Positions 22,246 through 34,129 of a stretch of DNA of 39,089 bases are shown piece by piece. The stretch's first letter is position 1, and every line of letters begins with the position of its first letter. The notes beneath the pieces were generated by a model, which was not told where the DNA came from, did no database searches, and saw nothing but the letters and a program-made list of their open reading frames with translations. Source of the stretch: Octopus bimaculoides. Lineage: Eukaryota. The translations under genes and the position numbers were made by a program. Location: assembly GCF_001194135.2 (NCBI RefSeq), contig NC_068981.1, positions 145,654,172 to 145,693,260 on the forward strand, read 5' to 3'.

Positions 22246-22249
22246 TGTG

Positions 22250-22354
22250 TGTGTGTACGTACATACATATATGTATATATATATATACATGTATATATAT
22301 CATGCGCGCACGCATACATGCATACATGCATACATACATACATACATACATACA

Positions 22355-22385
<31 letters not shown>
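22250..22385. repeat. (TA)n/(TACA)n microsatellite
   Basis: Read directly. Confidence 0.9.
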
Positions 22386-22386
<1 letters not shown>

Positions 22387-22524
22387 CAGCGTAAGCGTAG
22401 TATGACCAAATAGTTAAGAAGTTCGCTTCGCAAAAACGATGTCAGGGGCGCGATCTCAGAGCCTGACATTTCGGGCGAATATCGTTTTCTATACCACAAG
22501 ACGTCTTATTCAACACACTAATGG

Positions 22525-22990
22525 CTGTGGGCCAGGTTGTCTCCCTGAAGGATGCCCTCTATTGTTGCAAACTCTTTAGTTGGACTGCCTAAGCTTTGCA
22601 CAGAGCTTGATGGATTTTCACCCAATAGCATTATAGTCCCACCCTACATCCAGGCAAAACATTTCACTAGGTCCTATAGCATTTATTTATTTTTCAGTAA
22701 ACCATAGCTTTCATAGATCAGAATTAGGTTCTTAGACTCGTGAGGCCCCTGGGCAAATGACCAGTGTACCAATGACTTACGACAGTACTTTCTCATCCCT
22801 GATAGTGATTTGACAATCTCATCTGAGATCGACAGGATATGTAACGTGGTCCTTTTCTTGACTCTATCAAATGCTTTGGAGAAATTCACAAATATAGTTT
22901 ATGGTTTTTGCTTTATGATTCTTCATTAATTCTTCTAACGGCAAGTATCTCCGGAAGGGTTGATCTGCCTTTGCGGAAGTCGCTTTGGTT
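22525..22990 (-). pseudogene. Reverse transcriptase fragment of an RTE-like LINE
   Basis: Minus-strand frames give NQSDFRKGRSTLPEILAVRRINEE, FVNFSKAFDRV and TKEFATIEGILQGDNLA, which are consecutive non-LTR RT motifs. They are frameshifted and split by about 190 bp of unrelated sequence. Confidence 0.85.
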
Positions 22991-23064
22991 CCGTCGTAGG
23001 GTGAGGTCAATATGAGGGGAGATTTCAGTTACGAATCATAGCGTTGTATATCTTTTTTGTTAGA

Positions 23065-23250
23065 AGTGAGAACGAATGCTTTGTGGTATTTCGTCTGTCT
23101 TTACGTTCTGAGTTCAAATTCAGCCGAGATCGAGTTGCCTTTCATCCTTTCGGGATCGATAAATTAAATACCAGTTGCATACTGGGTTCGATCTAATCGA
23201 CTGGCCTCCTCCCCAAAAATTTCGAGCCTTGTGCCTAGAGTAGAAAAATA
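23065..23250 (+). mobile_element. 5'-truncated tRNA-derived SINE
   Basis: B-box gagttcaaattc, core gcctttcatcctttcgggatcgataaatt, and tail gccttgtgcctagagtagaaaaa. Confidence 0.85.
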
Positions 23251-23447
23251 TACATTAGAGAAATCCAAGTGGTATTTGTCGGAGAGTGGGCTTTTCCAGA
23301 TGGTGGCTGGGATGTTATTTGGACTTAACCTTTTTAGAGATTTTTAAACATTTTCTACGGCAAATCTCTTCTACAGCTCTGCATCGGTAGGCACTCTACT
23401 AATTTTTTAATTGAAGAAAAGTTTACCTTTTAATTGAAGAAAAGCCT

Positions 23448-23582
23448 GCACATAAAGGCTCGTACATAAAGGTTCGTACATAAAGGTTCGCACATAAAGG
23501 CTCGCACATAAAAGTAAGGCTCGTACATAAAGGCTCGCACATAAAGGCTCGCACATAACAGTAAAGCTCGTACATAAAGGCT
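23448..23582 (+). repeat. 14-bp minisatellite CG(T/C)ACATAAAGG(C/T)T, nine units
   Basis: The units abut with no unique spacers. Two units carry a 5-nt insertion. Confidence 0.95.
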
Positions 23583-24199
23583 CAAGATATCTCTTAGCAT
23601 GAGTATAAGACCAAACACGAGATTTATAGACACATTCTACTAATCTCTATTAATGTTGATTAACGCAGGCTAGGCTTTCCTGGGAATAGTCATCGTACTG
23701 AACAACGGACCATACTGGCTATTAAGTTTTGGAGACTTACACACCCTATGAGAGGACGAAGATAACTCAACTACATTAATGTTATTGGCAAAGACAGACA
23801 ACACGAAATTAAACCGGGGATAGAGATTCCTGGAGCAGCGTGATTAAACGCATTTCTGTTGCGGCAACTTGAAGAATATAATATAATATAATATAATATA
23901 ATATAATGTAATATAATGTAATATAATATAACACAGACACACACATATACAAGATAGATAGAAACATACATAGATACATACATAGACAAGCAGACAGACA
24001 GNNNNNNNNNNNNNNNNNNNNNNNNNNNNNNNNNNNNNNNNNNNNNNNNNNNNNNNNNNNNNNNNNNNNNNNNNNNNNNNNNNNNNNNNNNNNNNNNNNN
24101 NAAAGACGAAGACAGGTGCTGTAGAAAACAAACAGATGTATTAGTATAACGTTCGGGGATTGAAAAGGTCTTTAACGTTTCGAGTCTACGCTCTTCCAC

Positions 24200-24361
24200 A
24201 TATATATGTGTGTGTGTGTGTGTATGTGTATGTGTGTGTGTGTGTATATATGTATATATACATGTAATGCATGTATATTTGTATATATATATATATATGT
24301 GTATGTATATATATATGTATGCGTATGTATATATAAGCGTGTATATATATATACATGTGTG

Positions 24362-24408
<47 letters not shown>

Positions 24409-24655
24409 CTATTAATGTGTGTATATATGTGTGTATGTGTATATATATACACACATATATATGTGTATATATATATGTGCATGTATGTATATATATATAT
24501 ATGTATATGTGTGTGTGTGTATATGTGTGTATATGTATGCCTAATTTATACATATATCTGTATATGTATGTATACATATATTTATACATATGCGTATATA
24601 TGTATGTGTATACGTGCATATATACATGTATATGTGTGTGTCTGTATATATATAT
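24200..24655. repeat. Compound (TA)/(TG) low-complexity tract
   Basis: Read directly. It is the source of the YIYI ORFs. Confidence 0.95.
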
Positions 24656-24817
24656 AAGTATTAGTGCAACACATACTCAGTACCCAATGAGCTTGTGACT
24701 GAAGTGATCGCATTAATGCAATAACATGGCAGCCCAACAAAATCTGAACCTTTATTTGGTCGTTTGGCATGTTAGTATTGATAAAGGAAATTTTATAGCA
24801 TCAAAATCTCTCTAGAG

Positions 24818-25265
24818 CAGGGTCACCAAACTACGGGCCGGATCCGGCCCGCCGACGCGCTATAATTTTTGTGTAAGTACCTGCAATGAGAGTTTGTTTG
24901 TCTCTGATATGGCGTCAGTGTTTGGAACAACTGATGTCTGAGCAAGCATTTTCAAAAATGATGCATGTGAAGTGAGTACACCGAACGAGGTTGACTGAAC
25001 ATTTGAAAGCAATTCTCTTGGTTGGATGTAGCAGTACAAAAGCAAATATTGATATCTTAAAAGCTAAACACCAATTTCACAAATCTCACTAACCTTTTTT
25101 GCTGTTTAGTTTGTGAGATTGATAACTTTTTGGTAAATAAATATGTTGATTGTCTTTATTTTTTTAAGTTTTCACTGTATTGTATTAAAGAAAATGGTTA
25201 TGTGGTCTGCGCTCGTCGTTCTCTCAGTTATCTGGCCCGGCATGAACAAAGTTTGGTGACCCCTG
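24818..25265 (+). mobile_element. Internally deleted hAT-Charlie (Buster/SPIN-like) transposon
   Basis: TIR CAGGGTCACCAAACT / AGTTTGGTGACCCCTG. The 8-bp TSD is CTCTAGAG/CTCTAAAG. Confidence 0.9.
24909..25092 (+). pseudogene. hAT transposase C-terminal dimerisation-domain remnant
   Basis: MASVFGTTDV/EQAFSKMMHVK*VHRTRLTEHLKAILLVGCSSTKANIDILKAKHQFHKSH* matches the FGSTYxCEQxFSxM..R.RLTD.HL signature. It has one frameshift and one internal stop. Confidence 0.85.
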
Positions 25266-25441
25266 CTCTAAAGCCTACAAGCCACGAGCTTTGGGATCAA
25301 CCGCCGCATCGAATTATCGTTAATACTCATTTTCAAATGAATGGACTGAACGCAACGCGAATTAAAGTGTCTTGCTCTTACGCTTGGTCTAAGAATCGAA
25401 GCTACAACTTAACACAATCATGAGGCAAACGCCCAAACTAC

Positions 25442-25813
25442 GGATCTTTTTTAAAACGGGTAGAGTTAGGGTTAGGGTTAGGGTAAAACAGCAAATTTAA
25501 AAAGAAAAAAGCAAATAAAAGGAAGAAAAAAAAGAAAATGAAAAAAGCAAATTTAAAATGAAAAAAGCAAATAAAACGAAGCTATGGCTTAATCAGCCAA
25601 AGGAGTAAATGTAAACAACTGAATACTTGTCAGTGATTGGTTGAAATTATCGAAATAAGACAATTTTTTACATGAAATAAATTCGAATACAAAAATATTT
25701 TTCTGTTCTATAACACAAAATAGATAAGTATACGAAGTTTGAAAGTCTTTCGGTACCAAAAACACTACGTAAAACATTAATGAAAAATGTGGGCCCCGTT
25801 TTAAAAAAGATCC
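25442..25813. mobile_element. MITE copy 3, variant subfamily (TIR GGATCTTTTTTAAAACGGG)
   Basis: Perfect 19-bp TIR pair. The right about 200 bp matches 4610-4809. The left part has (TTAGGG)3 and an A-rich tract. No TSD was detected. Confidence 0.85.
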
Positions 25814-27189
25814 TTATACGGCCACTTAAAATAAACGGATGCGTTGAATACTGTCGTCCATAAATGCCTTCGGTCATTTGATGTGTAACAACAGCGTTGA
25901 ATGCGACTTAACCGGATCTAATAGTTTTCGTTGATAAACCGTTAGCAGAAAATTAGGAGAGGTTTCTGAGTAGGAGTTTTCCCTGCCTGACTGTCTTGAA
26001 AAAAAAAAATGAAAAAAAAGTTGGGGAAAGGGGCACATTGTATAATTATACTCTGTGTTATACTATGAAAATTAACAGACAGGATTGTCGCGACTTGATT
26101 ATCTTGGCTGACTCGAGTGTAACAAACACAGGTCAATTATGAGTATTTCTGAATGATAGCTTGACAGCAGCCAGATATCCCCGTTATTGCACCTTGTTTT
26201 ATACAAGGACCAGACAAATTAGATATTGTAGTATTTTATATTTGTTTTTAAACGACGAGATGGTCATGACTGTAATACATTAGATCTTAGGCCTACTCAG
26301 GTTTGACCAGAGTTGAAATAACGTTATCCTCCTATGTTAACCCCTCGGTACCATAACACAATCTAACGAGAAAGAATCTACGCCCATTGTTGTTAGAAAT
26401 AGCAGCGAAATTCCCCTTAAATTAAACTCTACTCTTTTAACCGAAGAATATGATATAATTTTAGTCACAATTACATTGTCTAGAAAAAAGGTGCTATGGT
26501 CATGGTAGAACTTCTTTGATCATTTTGACTTAGAGCTGACGGGCTTAAACTACGAGCGATTACGAATTTCAATAGAGCTTGAAGCTTTTCAAAGTTGTTA
26601 TCAAAGGAGTTCGAGCAATGAGCAAAACTACGGTTTGGTGCCCCTTCTGACATTGTTTCCTCATAACTTTCTTTTAAAATGTTTACTTTTAAATGAAATT
26701 TTGCAGAAATTCGAAAGAGTAGATTGTTTATTATGTTTTAAGATTTTTTTTTTTTTGAGAGAGAGAGAGAGAGAGAAAAGAGTTTCGGTTCATTCTCTCC
26801 TACCCCTGACTCTTTTTTTTTGTCTTCTCGTAACTCCTTTCAAAATTCATTCTTTCAAATGAAACTTTACTGAAATACATGTTCAAGATGGTAGGTTACA
26901 TAACGTTGACGTTTCAAATATGTAAATCTGGGGAAACTGTGAACAGATGCTAAAGCAACGGAAATTGTTGGTAACAAACTTAGGAAAAGGAAAAGAATAA
27001 TCCAAATTTTTGAAAAGCCTCTTTTTTTAAGGAAATATTTGGCTGCTATTTCTCACCATTCAAATTTGTTTTGATAACTCAATAATCCTGTAGCCCTTTT
27101 GCTTAATGTTTAATAATAATTAGAAAAAAAAAGCATTTTCTTAAAATTCAATAAAATTAACAATGGATGCTTACTTTTTCTTCAAGAAA

Positions 27190-27410
27190 TATTGGTTTCA
27201 AATCTTGGCCCAAGGTCAGCAATTTCAGGGAAGGGGCTAAGTCAATTTCATCAACCCCCGGGACTCAACTGGTACTTCTTTTACTGACCCCGTAAGGATG
27301 AAAGGCAAAGTCGACCTCGGCGGAATTTGAACTCAGAACGTAAAGATAGACGAAATGCCGCTAAGCCTTTTGTTCAGTGTGCTAACCATTCTGCCAACAC
27401 GCTGCCTTTT
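27190..27410 (-). mobile_element. tRNA-derived SINE (tail type as at 7740)
   Basis: Core ggatgaaaggcaaagtcgacctcggcggaatttgaactcagaacg. Confidence 0.85.
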
Positions 27411-28676
27411 TACTTCAGAGAGAGAGAGAGAGATAGAAAGAAAGAACGCTGTATTTATTTTATAAATTCAACATTTTAAATTTCATTAAAAGTTATTCAA
27501 TCTCGTGGATAACCAGAATCCTTTTCTTTCACGAAATCCATTTTGGGAGATCCTGGCTTCTATTAAACATTGTGATAATCTTCATTTAGAGAGTCTGCGA
27601 AGGCCATGGGCACAACCCCTGCCTCCATATCAAACCTATAAAAAGTTCAAAAGTAATGAAGATTTTTGTCTTCACGACTTATTGGCCAGAAATGTCTTTG
27701 CGCTTCTCTTGTGCTGATAAACTATCGATTTTATAATTCCGACGATTGTTCTTGACCGAAACAATATTTGTTTTGGATGGTTCTTAGTGTCCCTTGCTGA
27801 TCTAAGTTTAAAAGATATTGTAGTAGGGCTTTCTTTTCTTTAAAACAATATTTCTCAAGCTTGCTTTCCCAATGTTACCTGAGAATCTCTGATTGCTTAG
27901 ATATTTCGATCTAGTCGTGGCTTATGACCATTCCTGAGCAGCATCACAGAAAGGCATCGACGTGGCACTAGAGCAGCCGTTACATCTAAAGGGTCTACCA
28001 TTCACTGTGCATCAGTAAACTTAGCGGTTTCCACTGTCAGCTTTATTGCTTTTCAGTAATTTATTTTATTTGTACCTATGCCATCGAGTGATGATGATAA
28101 GGGGGATCAGTGCTTATATCAAAATAGTAAATAAAACAAGTCCTGAGTAACTAGTGGCTTAATTTTGTAAGCATTATTTATTCTCGCAAATTTGGAATGC
28201 ATTCACCCTATGCTATAATATGAGACAAGAATTTTAAACGTTTTTTGCAAAAACTTTCACGTAAACTTATATAAGGAGTCGAGTTAGTTTCTAAAAGAAT
28301 ATTTGGTGTTTTTTTTCCTGTAACTCGCATTGGAAACTTTTTTGGCGACAATCTTTTCGATGGCATCACCAACATTCACCATCCACACTTTTTTTTTTTT
28401 TTTGTATCTTCATAACCACATGCATCACAGTTATTCACGAAAATACTTCGAACAGGAAAACAGTAATTCGAATATCTTTAAAAATTCTATCGTATGATTA
28501 TTGGTATTATCCATATGAATTTTCCGTCCAGATTTGCCATTTTATTTTAAATATAGCCAGTAAGTTAAGACAGCCTATAGTGTATGTTTTGTTAAGTAAA
28601 AAGAATTAGTTCATAAAAATGACATACTGAGTAATAACAAAGACGTGTCAGCATATTTGGACGTAAATTTAACTTC

Positions 28677-29281
28677 GGATCTATTTTAAAACGGGGGCAC
28701 CAGTTTTCATTTATGTTTTATGTAGTGTTTTTGGTACCGAAAGACTTTCAAACTTCGTATACTTATCTATTTTGTGTTATAGAACAGAAAAAAATTTTTG
28801 TATTCGAATTTATTTCATGTAAAAAATTGTCTTATTTCGATAATTTCTACTAATCACTGATGTCTATTCAGTTGAAAACAGTTAGCGCTGTAACGGTGTA
28901 TATCGTATTAATCCCCTAACCCTAAAACTAACCCTAACTCTAGAATCCGAACTCTAAAATTGTTACACACACAGATATGCACAGCGTAATTTATTATATA
29001 AACAATATATGCGTATAAATTACGATTAAACCGGATGAAATATGTCACAGGGAATAACATTTTTATGACCGCCCAGCAGTAACTCTATTCAGCTGAATAG
29101 ACGTCAGTGATTGGTTGAAATTACAGAAATACAACTTTAACATGGAATAACTTGCGATGTACATTTTTTTGTTAAGAAGACTAAGAGTAAAAGATGTTTT
29201 ATATGACACATTCTACCAGTGTCCCAAGTTTCAAAGTGTTTCGTTAAGAAAATACTGGTGCCCCCGTTTTGAAATAGATCC
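28677..29281. mobile_element. MITE copy 2, complete (605 bp, 8-bp TSD TTAACTTC), inverted relative to copy 1
   Basis: TIRs GGATCTATTTTAAAACGGG (28677) and CCCGTTTTGAAATAGATCC (ending at 29281). Identical 8-mers at 28669-28676 and 29282-29289. The arms are long imperfect inverted repeats. Confidence 0.95.
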
Positions 29282-29367
29282 TTAACTTCTTATAAATACC
29301 ATATTTCATGCCATAAAAGACGCATTCTAATTTCAACAGAGCATAATCAGGAAAAAATGCTTTAGTT

Positions 29368-29614
29368 CAGTAACTCTCAGCCATTTTTTGCCTATGGTCC
29401 CCTCTGATTTCTACTTTGCTCTGCCGGACCTCTATAACCATTCGATGCATATAAAAAATCCAAAAGTATTTTTTATAATTAAATGTTATTAGAAATTGTG
29501 TAAATTTTTTTTTAATATTGTGGCGGTATAAGCTATTTATTGCGCTTAAATTGTAACAGCAAAATCTTATACGGGGCCCCAAGGGCTATATGAACCTCCG
29601 GTTGAGAACTACTG
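29368..29614. mobile_element. Older hAT-Charlie-type MITE related to 16866-17205
   Basis: Ends are CAGTAACTCTCAGCC and GGTTGAGAACTACTG. The TSD is decayed (5/8). Confidence 0.7.
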
Positions 29615-29858
29615 TTATAGTGAATTAAGGTTTATGGCAGGCCCTACTTCGCATATAGGACCTGGTGTAATTTTGCTGAGACATTTTTGGAGGTGGAAGA
29701 AAATGCGCCTTATATACCGTCAAATACGTTATTTGATCTTTCATTTTTACATGCCACTGTAACCTTTTTATAGAAAAATGTTATTTTTTTTTACCTTTCA
29801 TATTTTATTTAAATAAAAATATGCTATTTTATTTATTTATTTATTTTATTTTTGTTAG

Positions 29859-30088
29859 GATCCTTATTAACCACAGAGCAAATGTAAACTGCAGGACTGT
29901 ATATGGCGATACGCCGTGCCATTTAGCAGCCTATCGAGGACATAGAGAAATGGTTAAACTCCTTGTAGATTGTGGTAATGCTGATCTGTCAGTAACTAAT
30001 TGTAAAAATCGAACTTCACTAGATGAATCGATCTGTAGCTCACACGATGAAATTTCTCGATATATCCACAATGCTATGAGACTAAAAA
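29859..30088 (+). CDS. Internal coding exon of an ankyrin-repeat protein
   Basis: Pyrimidine tract plus ttgttag| acceptor and A|gtaagt donor. The exon is 230 bp, phase 2 to phase 1. It encodes ILINHRANVNCRTVYGDTPCHLAAYRGHREMVKLLVDCGNADLSVTNCKNRTSLDESICSSHDEISRYIHNAMRLK, a canonical G-TP-H-AA--GH---V--L ankyrin repeat plus a degenerate next repeat. Confidence 0.92.
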
Positions 30089-30729
30089 GTAAGTACATTT
30101 TTGCTATACTTGACTTTAATGTTTTCAACTTGTCTTGCATTTCGAGGGGCGCGCGCACACACACACACACACAGCTATATGCTCAAATGTGATTACTGCC
30201 AGATTACTAAATTACCATCACGCTATAAAGAAGGCTTGAATCAGCTTAATAACTTGTCGTTTACTTAGTGGTCTACACTGTCGCAATCATTACACACTCC
30301 TGTCAGCAATAGTTTTAGCACTTTATTATACGCCGACACATTACGGCTAGTTTCCTTATCTTGGTTGTTTCAACTTCTTCAGATACCTTTTGTTTTCGAT
30401 AACCTTCTCAGAATTTCAAAACGGATCTTGTATTGAATCCATGGAGGTTAGCTTGTTCTATTACGATCGGTCCATTTTCTATTCTACTTGTGAAACCACT
30501 TATTAATTAGGTTTGAGTCCAAGCATGGTTGTGTGGTTCAAAGGTGTTTTATGTTATTGTCCGGATCAACCAAAGCCTTGTGAGTAGATAAAATAGAGAG
30601 AAACTGAAAGAAAACCACCGTGTGCGTGCATGAATGAGGTATCTCGTCTTAACATCGTGTAATTATTGTAAATGTGGTCATTGAAAACGATGGGTTATAC
30701 ATATATGTATATATTTTTTATCTTTTTTT

Positions 30730-31048
30730 GGATCCTTTTGTTTCAGTCATTAGACTGCAGTCATGCTACCTTGAAGAATTTTAATCGAACGAATCGACCC
30801 CAGTGCTTTGTTTTTTTAAAGTCTGGTACTTATTCTAATCGCTCGTTTTTGCCAAACTGCTAGATTACGGGGAAGTAAACACAACACGAGTTGTCAAGCG
30901 GTGGTGGGGGAACATACACAGACACAAAACACGCATACACACACTGACGAATGTACGACCTGTTTTTTTTTCAGTTTTCATCACCCAAATACACTCACAA
31001 AAGTTTTGGTCTGCTCAAGGCTACAATAGAAGACACTTGCCCAAGGTG
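30730..31048 (-). mobile_element. CORE-like SINE (5'-truncated), with a short plus-strand fragment at about 30515-30625
   Basis: Tail tgtttcagtcattagactgcagtcatgct and body agaagacacttgcccaaggtg. Confidence 0.8.
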
Positions 31049-32067
31049 ATTGTTGTACTGGTGATGCCTACTGAAGCAGAAATATGTCCACAGCTCTCCT
31101 CTTCAGGAAATCAAACTGCATTTTCCTTAATGGCATGTCAGTGTTGGAGAATCCTTGGTTCTTGAGATTGTCTTCTCCCTACCTGAAGTTGGTACCAGCT
31201 GCGTCTGTACGATTTGGTCTACCCTTTCTAGTAGCGGAGATAATTTCAATAAATTCAGAATTTACCTCGTATGCTATTTCATATACTCTTATTCTCGTCT
31301 TTGTTGCTCAAATGCATGCCGCTGGCCGCTCTGAATTATTTCTTTTGTTGCATTTTTCATTTCGGGATTGAACTTGGACGGGCGGAAGTCTTTCCGAACT
31401 TACTCCTACAACATTAATTGCAAGCGACACACACACCATTGAATATATTTTGTTCACACAATACATCGTCTGCTTTTTATATGATCACGTGACACTTCTT
31501 TGCGTGTCACTGCCCTATTTTAGCAGCTCATTTCTCATTCTCCCTCGCCTATGTTTCTCATTTTCGTCTTTCCTCTTATTGTCTTTAAAGAGACATGTCT
31601 CATTTTATATATATACTCATACATCAATGAACAGTATTGCCACTCCTCAAAATTGCGTGAGCTTACTGCACCCTTCTACCTCTTTACCATTCTAACATCC
31701 TCTGTTTTTTTCCCACGGACCTTCATATGAAGTTAATTTAGTGAATTAAACAACCGTTTTTTTTTTCTTGAAAACCAATGTTCTAAGTCTCTGTAGTTAT
31801 TGCATTGCATCAGGACAACCCTAATTGTGCAGAAAAAAAGAACAATAGATTCTAGATTTGAACATTCCATGTCTTATTCCCAGATGCGTAGGAATACATT
31901 ATCTAATGTGTCCTTTCATAGAGGGTGAGATTGATTGCTATTTCTAGCAGGTGGAACTACTATGTTGAAGAAACCTCTTCGTCGATGTGTTCCTTGCACG
32001 AGGCTTTGGAATAGATGTTCCTCGAAGTCTCATGCCTCATAAAGAAAAAAAGTTGTTCCTCCTTGGG

Positions 32068-32105
<38 letters not shown>

Positions 32106-32605
32106 CATTCAACAAAATTATGATTCTGAAAAAAAAATTTCAGTTTTTTTCACATTTTACTCTTTCCTTATCAAGTAGTACAAGACTTCGAGTGACAGCT
32201 ATTCCAAAACAGTCATTTTAGTAAGCATTCCTTCTTTCAATTATTTTTGTTTTCGTCATTAAAAACAAGTAAAAAAGATTCCGGTTAACATAGGGGCTCT
32301 CTCATTAATTTTGATAGCTAGTACAAGGAGTTGAAATAGTTCATTCAACTTGATCAGATAACACTTTGAGACGATAACAGAAACACTTGGTGATACTATT
32401 TTCCTTATTCTTCAAGGTCAATACTTCGTTTAATACTACTTCCATTCACGCTCGAAGGCTGCTAGCGTTTAATCAATGCTGATGCGAACAGAAAGAAAAA
32501 GTTACTTTACTTCCGTTTGGGGGCATTGCGTTCTTTTAACATGTCTAATATGCCACGATAAAAGGTTCGTAGTGTATTTGTTGAGCGAAAAAATCAGAAA
32601 TTATG

Positions 32606-32677
<72 letters not shown>

Positions 32678-34129
32678 NNNNNNNNNNNNNNNNNNNNNNN
32701 NNNNNNNNNNNNNNNNNNNNNNNNNNNNNNNNNNNNNNNNNNNNNNNNNNNNNNNNNNNNNNNNNNNNNNNNNNNNNNNNNNNNNNNNNNNNNNNNNNNN
32801 NNNNNNNNNNNNNNNNNNNNNNNNNNNNNNNNNNNNNNNNNNNNNNNNNNNNNNNNNNNNNNNNNNNNNNNNNNNNNNNNNNNNNNNNNNNNNNNNNNNN
32901 NNNNNNNNNNNNNNNNNNNNNNNNNNNNNNNNNNNNNNNNNNNNNNNNNNNNNNNNNNNNNNNNNNNNNNNNNNNNNNNNNNNNNNNNNNNNNNNNNNNN
33001 NNNNNNNNNNNNNNNNNNNNNNNNNNNNNNNNNNNNNNNNNNNNNNNNNNNNNNNNNNNNNNNNNNNNNNNNNNNNNNNNNNNNNNNNNNNNNNNNNNNN
33101 NNNNNNNNNNNNNNNNNNNNNNNNNNNNNNNNNNNNNNNNNNNNNNNNNNNNNNNNNNNNNNNNNNNNNNNNNNNNNNNNNNNNNNNNNNNNNNNNNNNN
33201 NNNNNNNNNNNNNNNNNNNNNNNNNNNNNNNNNNNNNNNNNNNNNNNNNNNNNNNNNNNNNNNNNNNNNNNNNNNNNNNNNNNNNNNNNNNNNNNNNNNN
33301 NNNNNNNNNNNNNNNNNNNNNNNNNNNNNNNNNNNNNNNNNNNNNNNNNNNNNNNNNNNNNNNNNNNNNNNNNNNNNNNNNNNNNNNNNNNNNNNNNNNN
33401 NNNNNNNNNNNNNNNNNNNNNNNNNNNNNNNNNNNNNNNNNNNNNNNNNNNNNNNNNNNNNNNNNNNNNNNNNNNNNNNNNNNNNNNNNNNNNNNNNNNN
33501 NNNNNNNNNNNNNNNNNNNNNNNNNNNNNNNNNNNNNNNNNNNNNNNNNNNNNNNNNNNNNNNNNNNNNNNNNNATATATATATATATATATAATACACA
33601 CAAGCATAAACACTCACGCATATCTGTGTGTATGTATGTATTAACCACACGTTTATTGATTGGTTGATATAGATCTTGTTGATTAATAACAAACCCGGAT
33701 TGTGTATTGCTGGTAGAACAGATATTGCTCATATTCAGTTCTAGTGAAGATAAAACTCAGAATTCCATTTGTTGATTCATTTTTTTTATTGCATCCAATC
33801 GGATAATTGCATTTCAACATGGTCTCACTACCTTGGCACCTAATTTCCGGCTAGATTTTCTCAAGGATATAAACGTAGCCTCTGTGACGAGCTTGAAAAC
33901 AATGCGTGGCTCTGAGATAGCTTGCTTATTTACTCGATCTGTCTTAATTCAAAACTGTATAATATCTAAGTAAACACGTTTCATAAATCACACTGAACAA
34001 TGACTTTCAGGAAATGTGATATATTTAGATTAAATAAACCACCAACCGCTACCTCTATAAGAGTAGATCATATTTTGTGAAAATAAAAGTAAGAAAAGAA
34101 AAATAAATAAATCAATCAATCCCCAACTG

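Noticed and set aside
23448-23582. CRISPR-like array
   Set aside because: The 14-bp units abut with no unique spacers, there are no cas genes, and the context is eukaryotic.
27500-27900. L1-like RT remnant on the minus strand (ISQNGFRERK)
   Set aside because: Only one short motif matches and neighbouring RT motifs are not recoverable. It needs BLASTx.
4258-29281. A single 25-kb composite transposon or inversion bounded by the two inverted MITE copies
   Set aside because: Each copy keeps its own matching TSD pair, so they are independent insertions with no recombination between them.
31085-31380. 95-aa + strand ORF, or RTE C-terminus on the minus strand
   Set aside because: There are no splice signals or recognisable domain, and the similarity is too weak to support.
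32179-32220. Extra 42-nt exon of the ankyrin gene (donor gtaagc at 32221)
   Set aside because: Its stop-free frames are phase 0-0 or 2-2, which is incompatible with the phase-1 intron.
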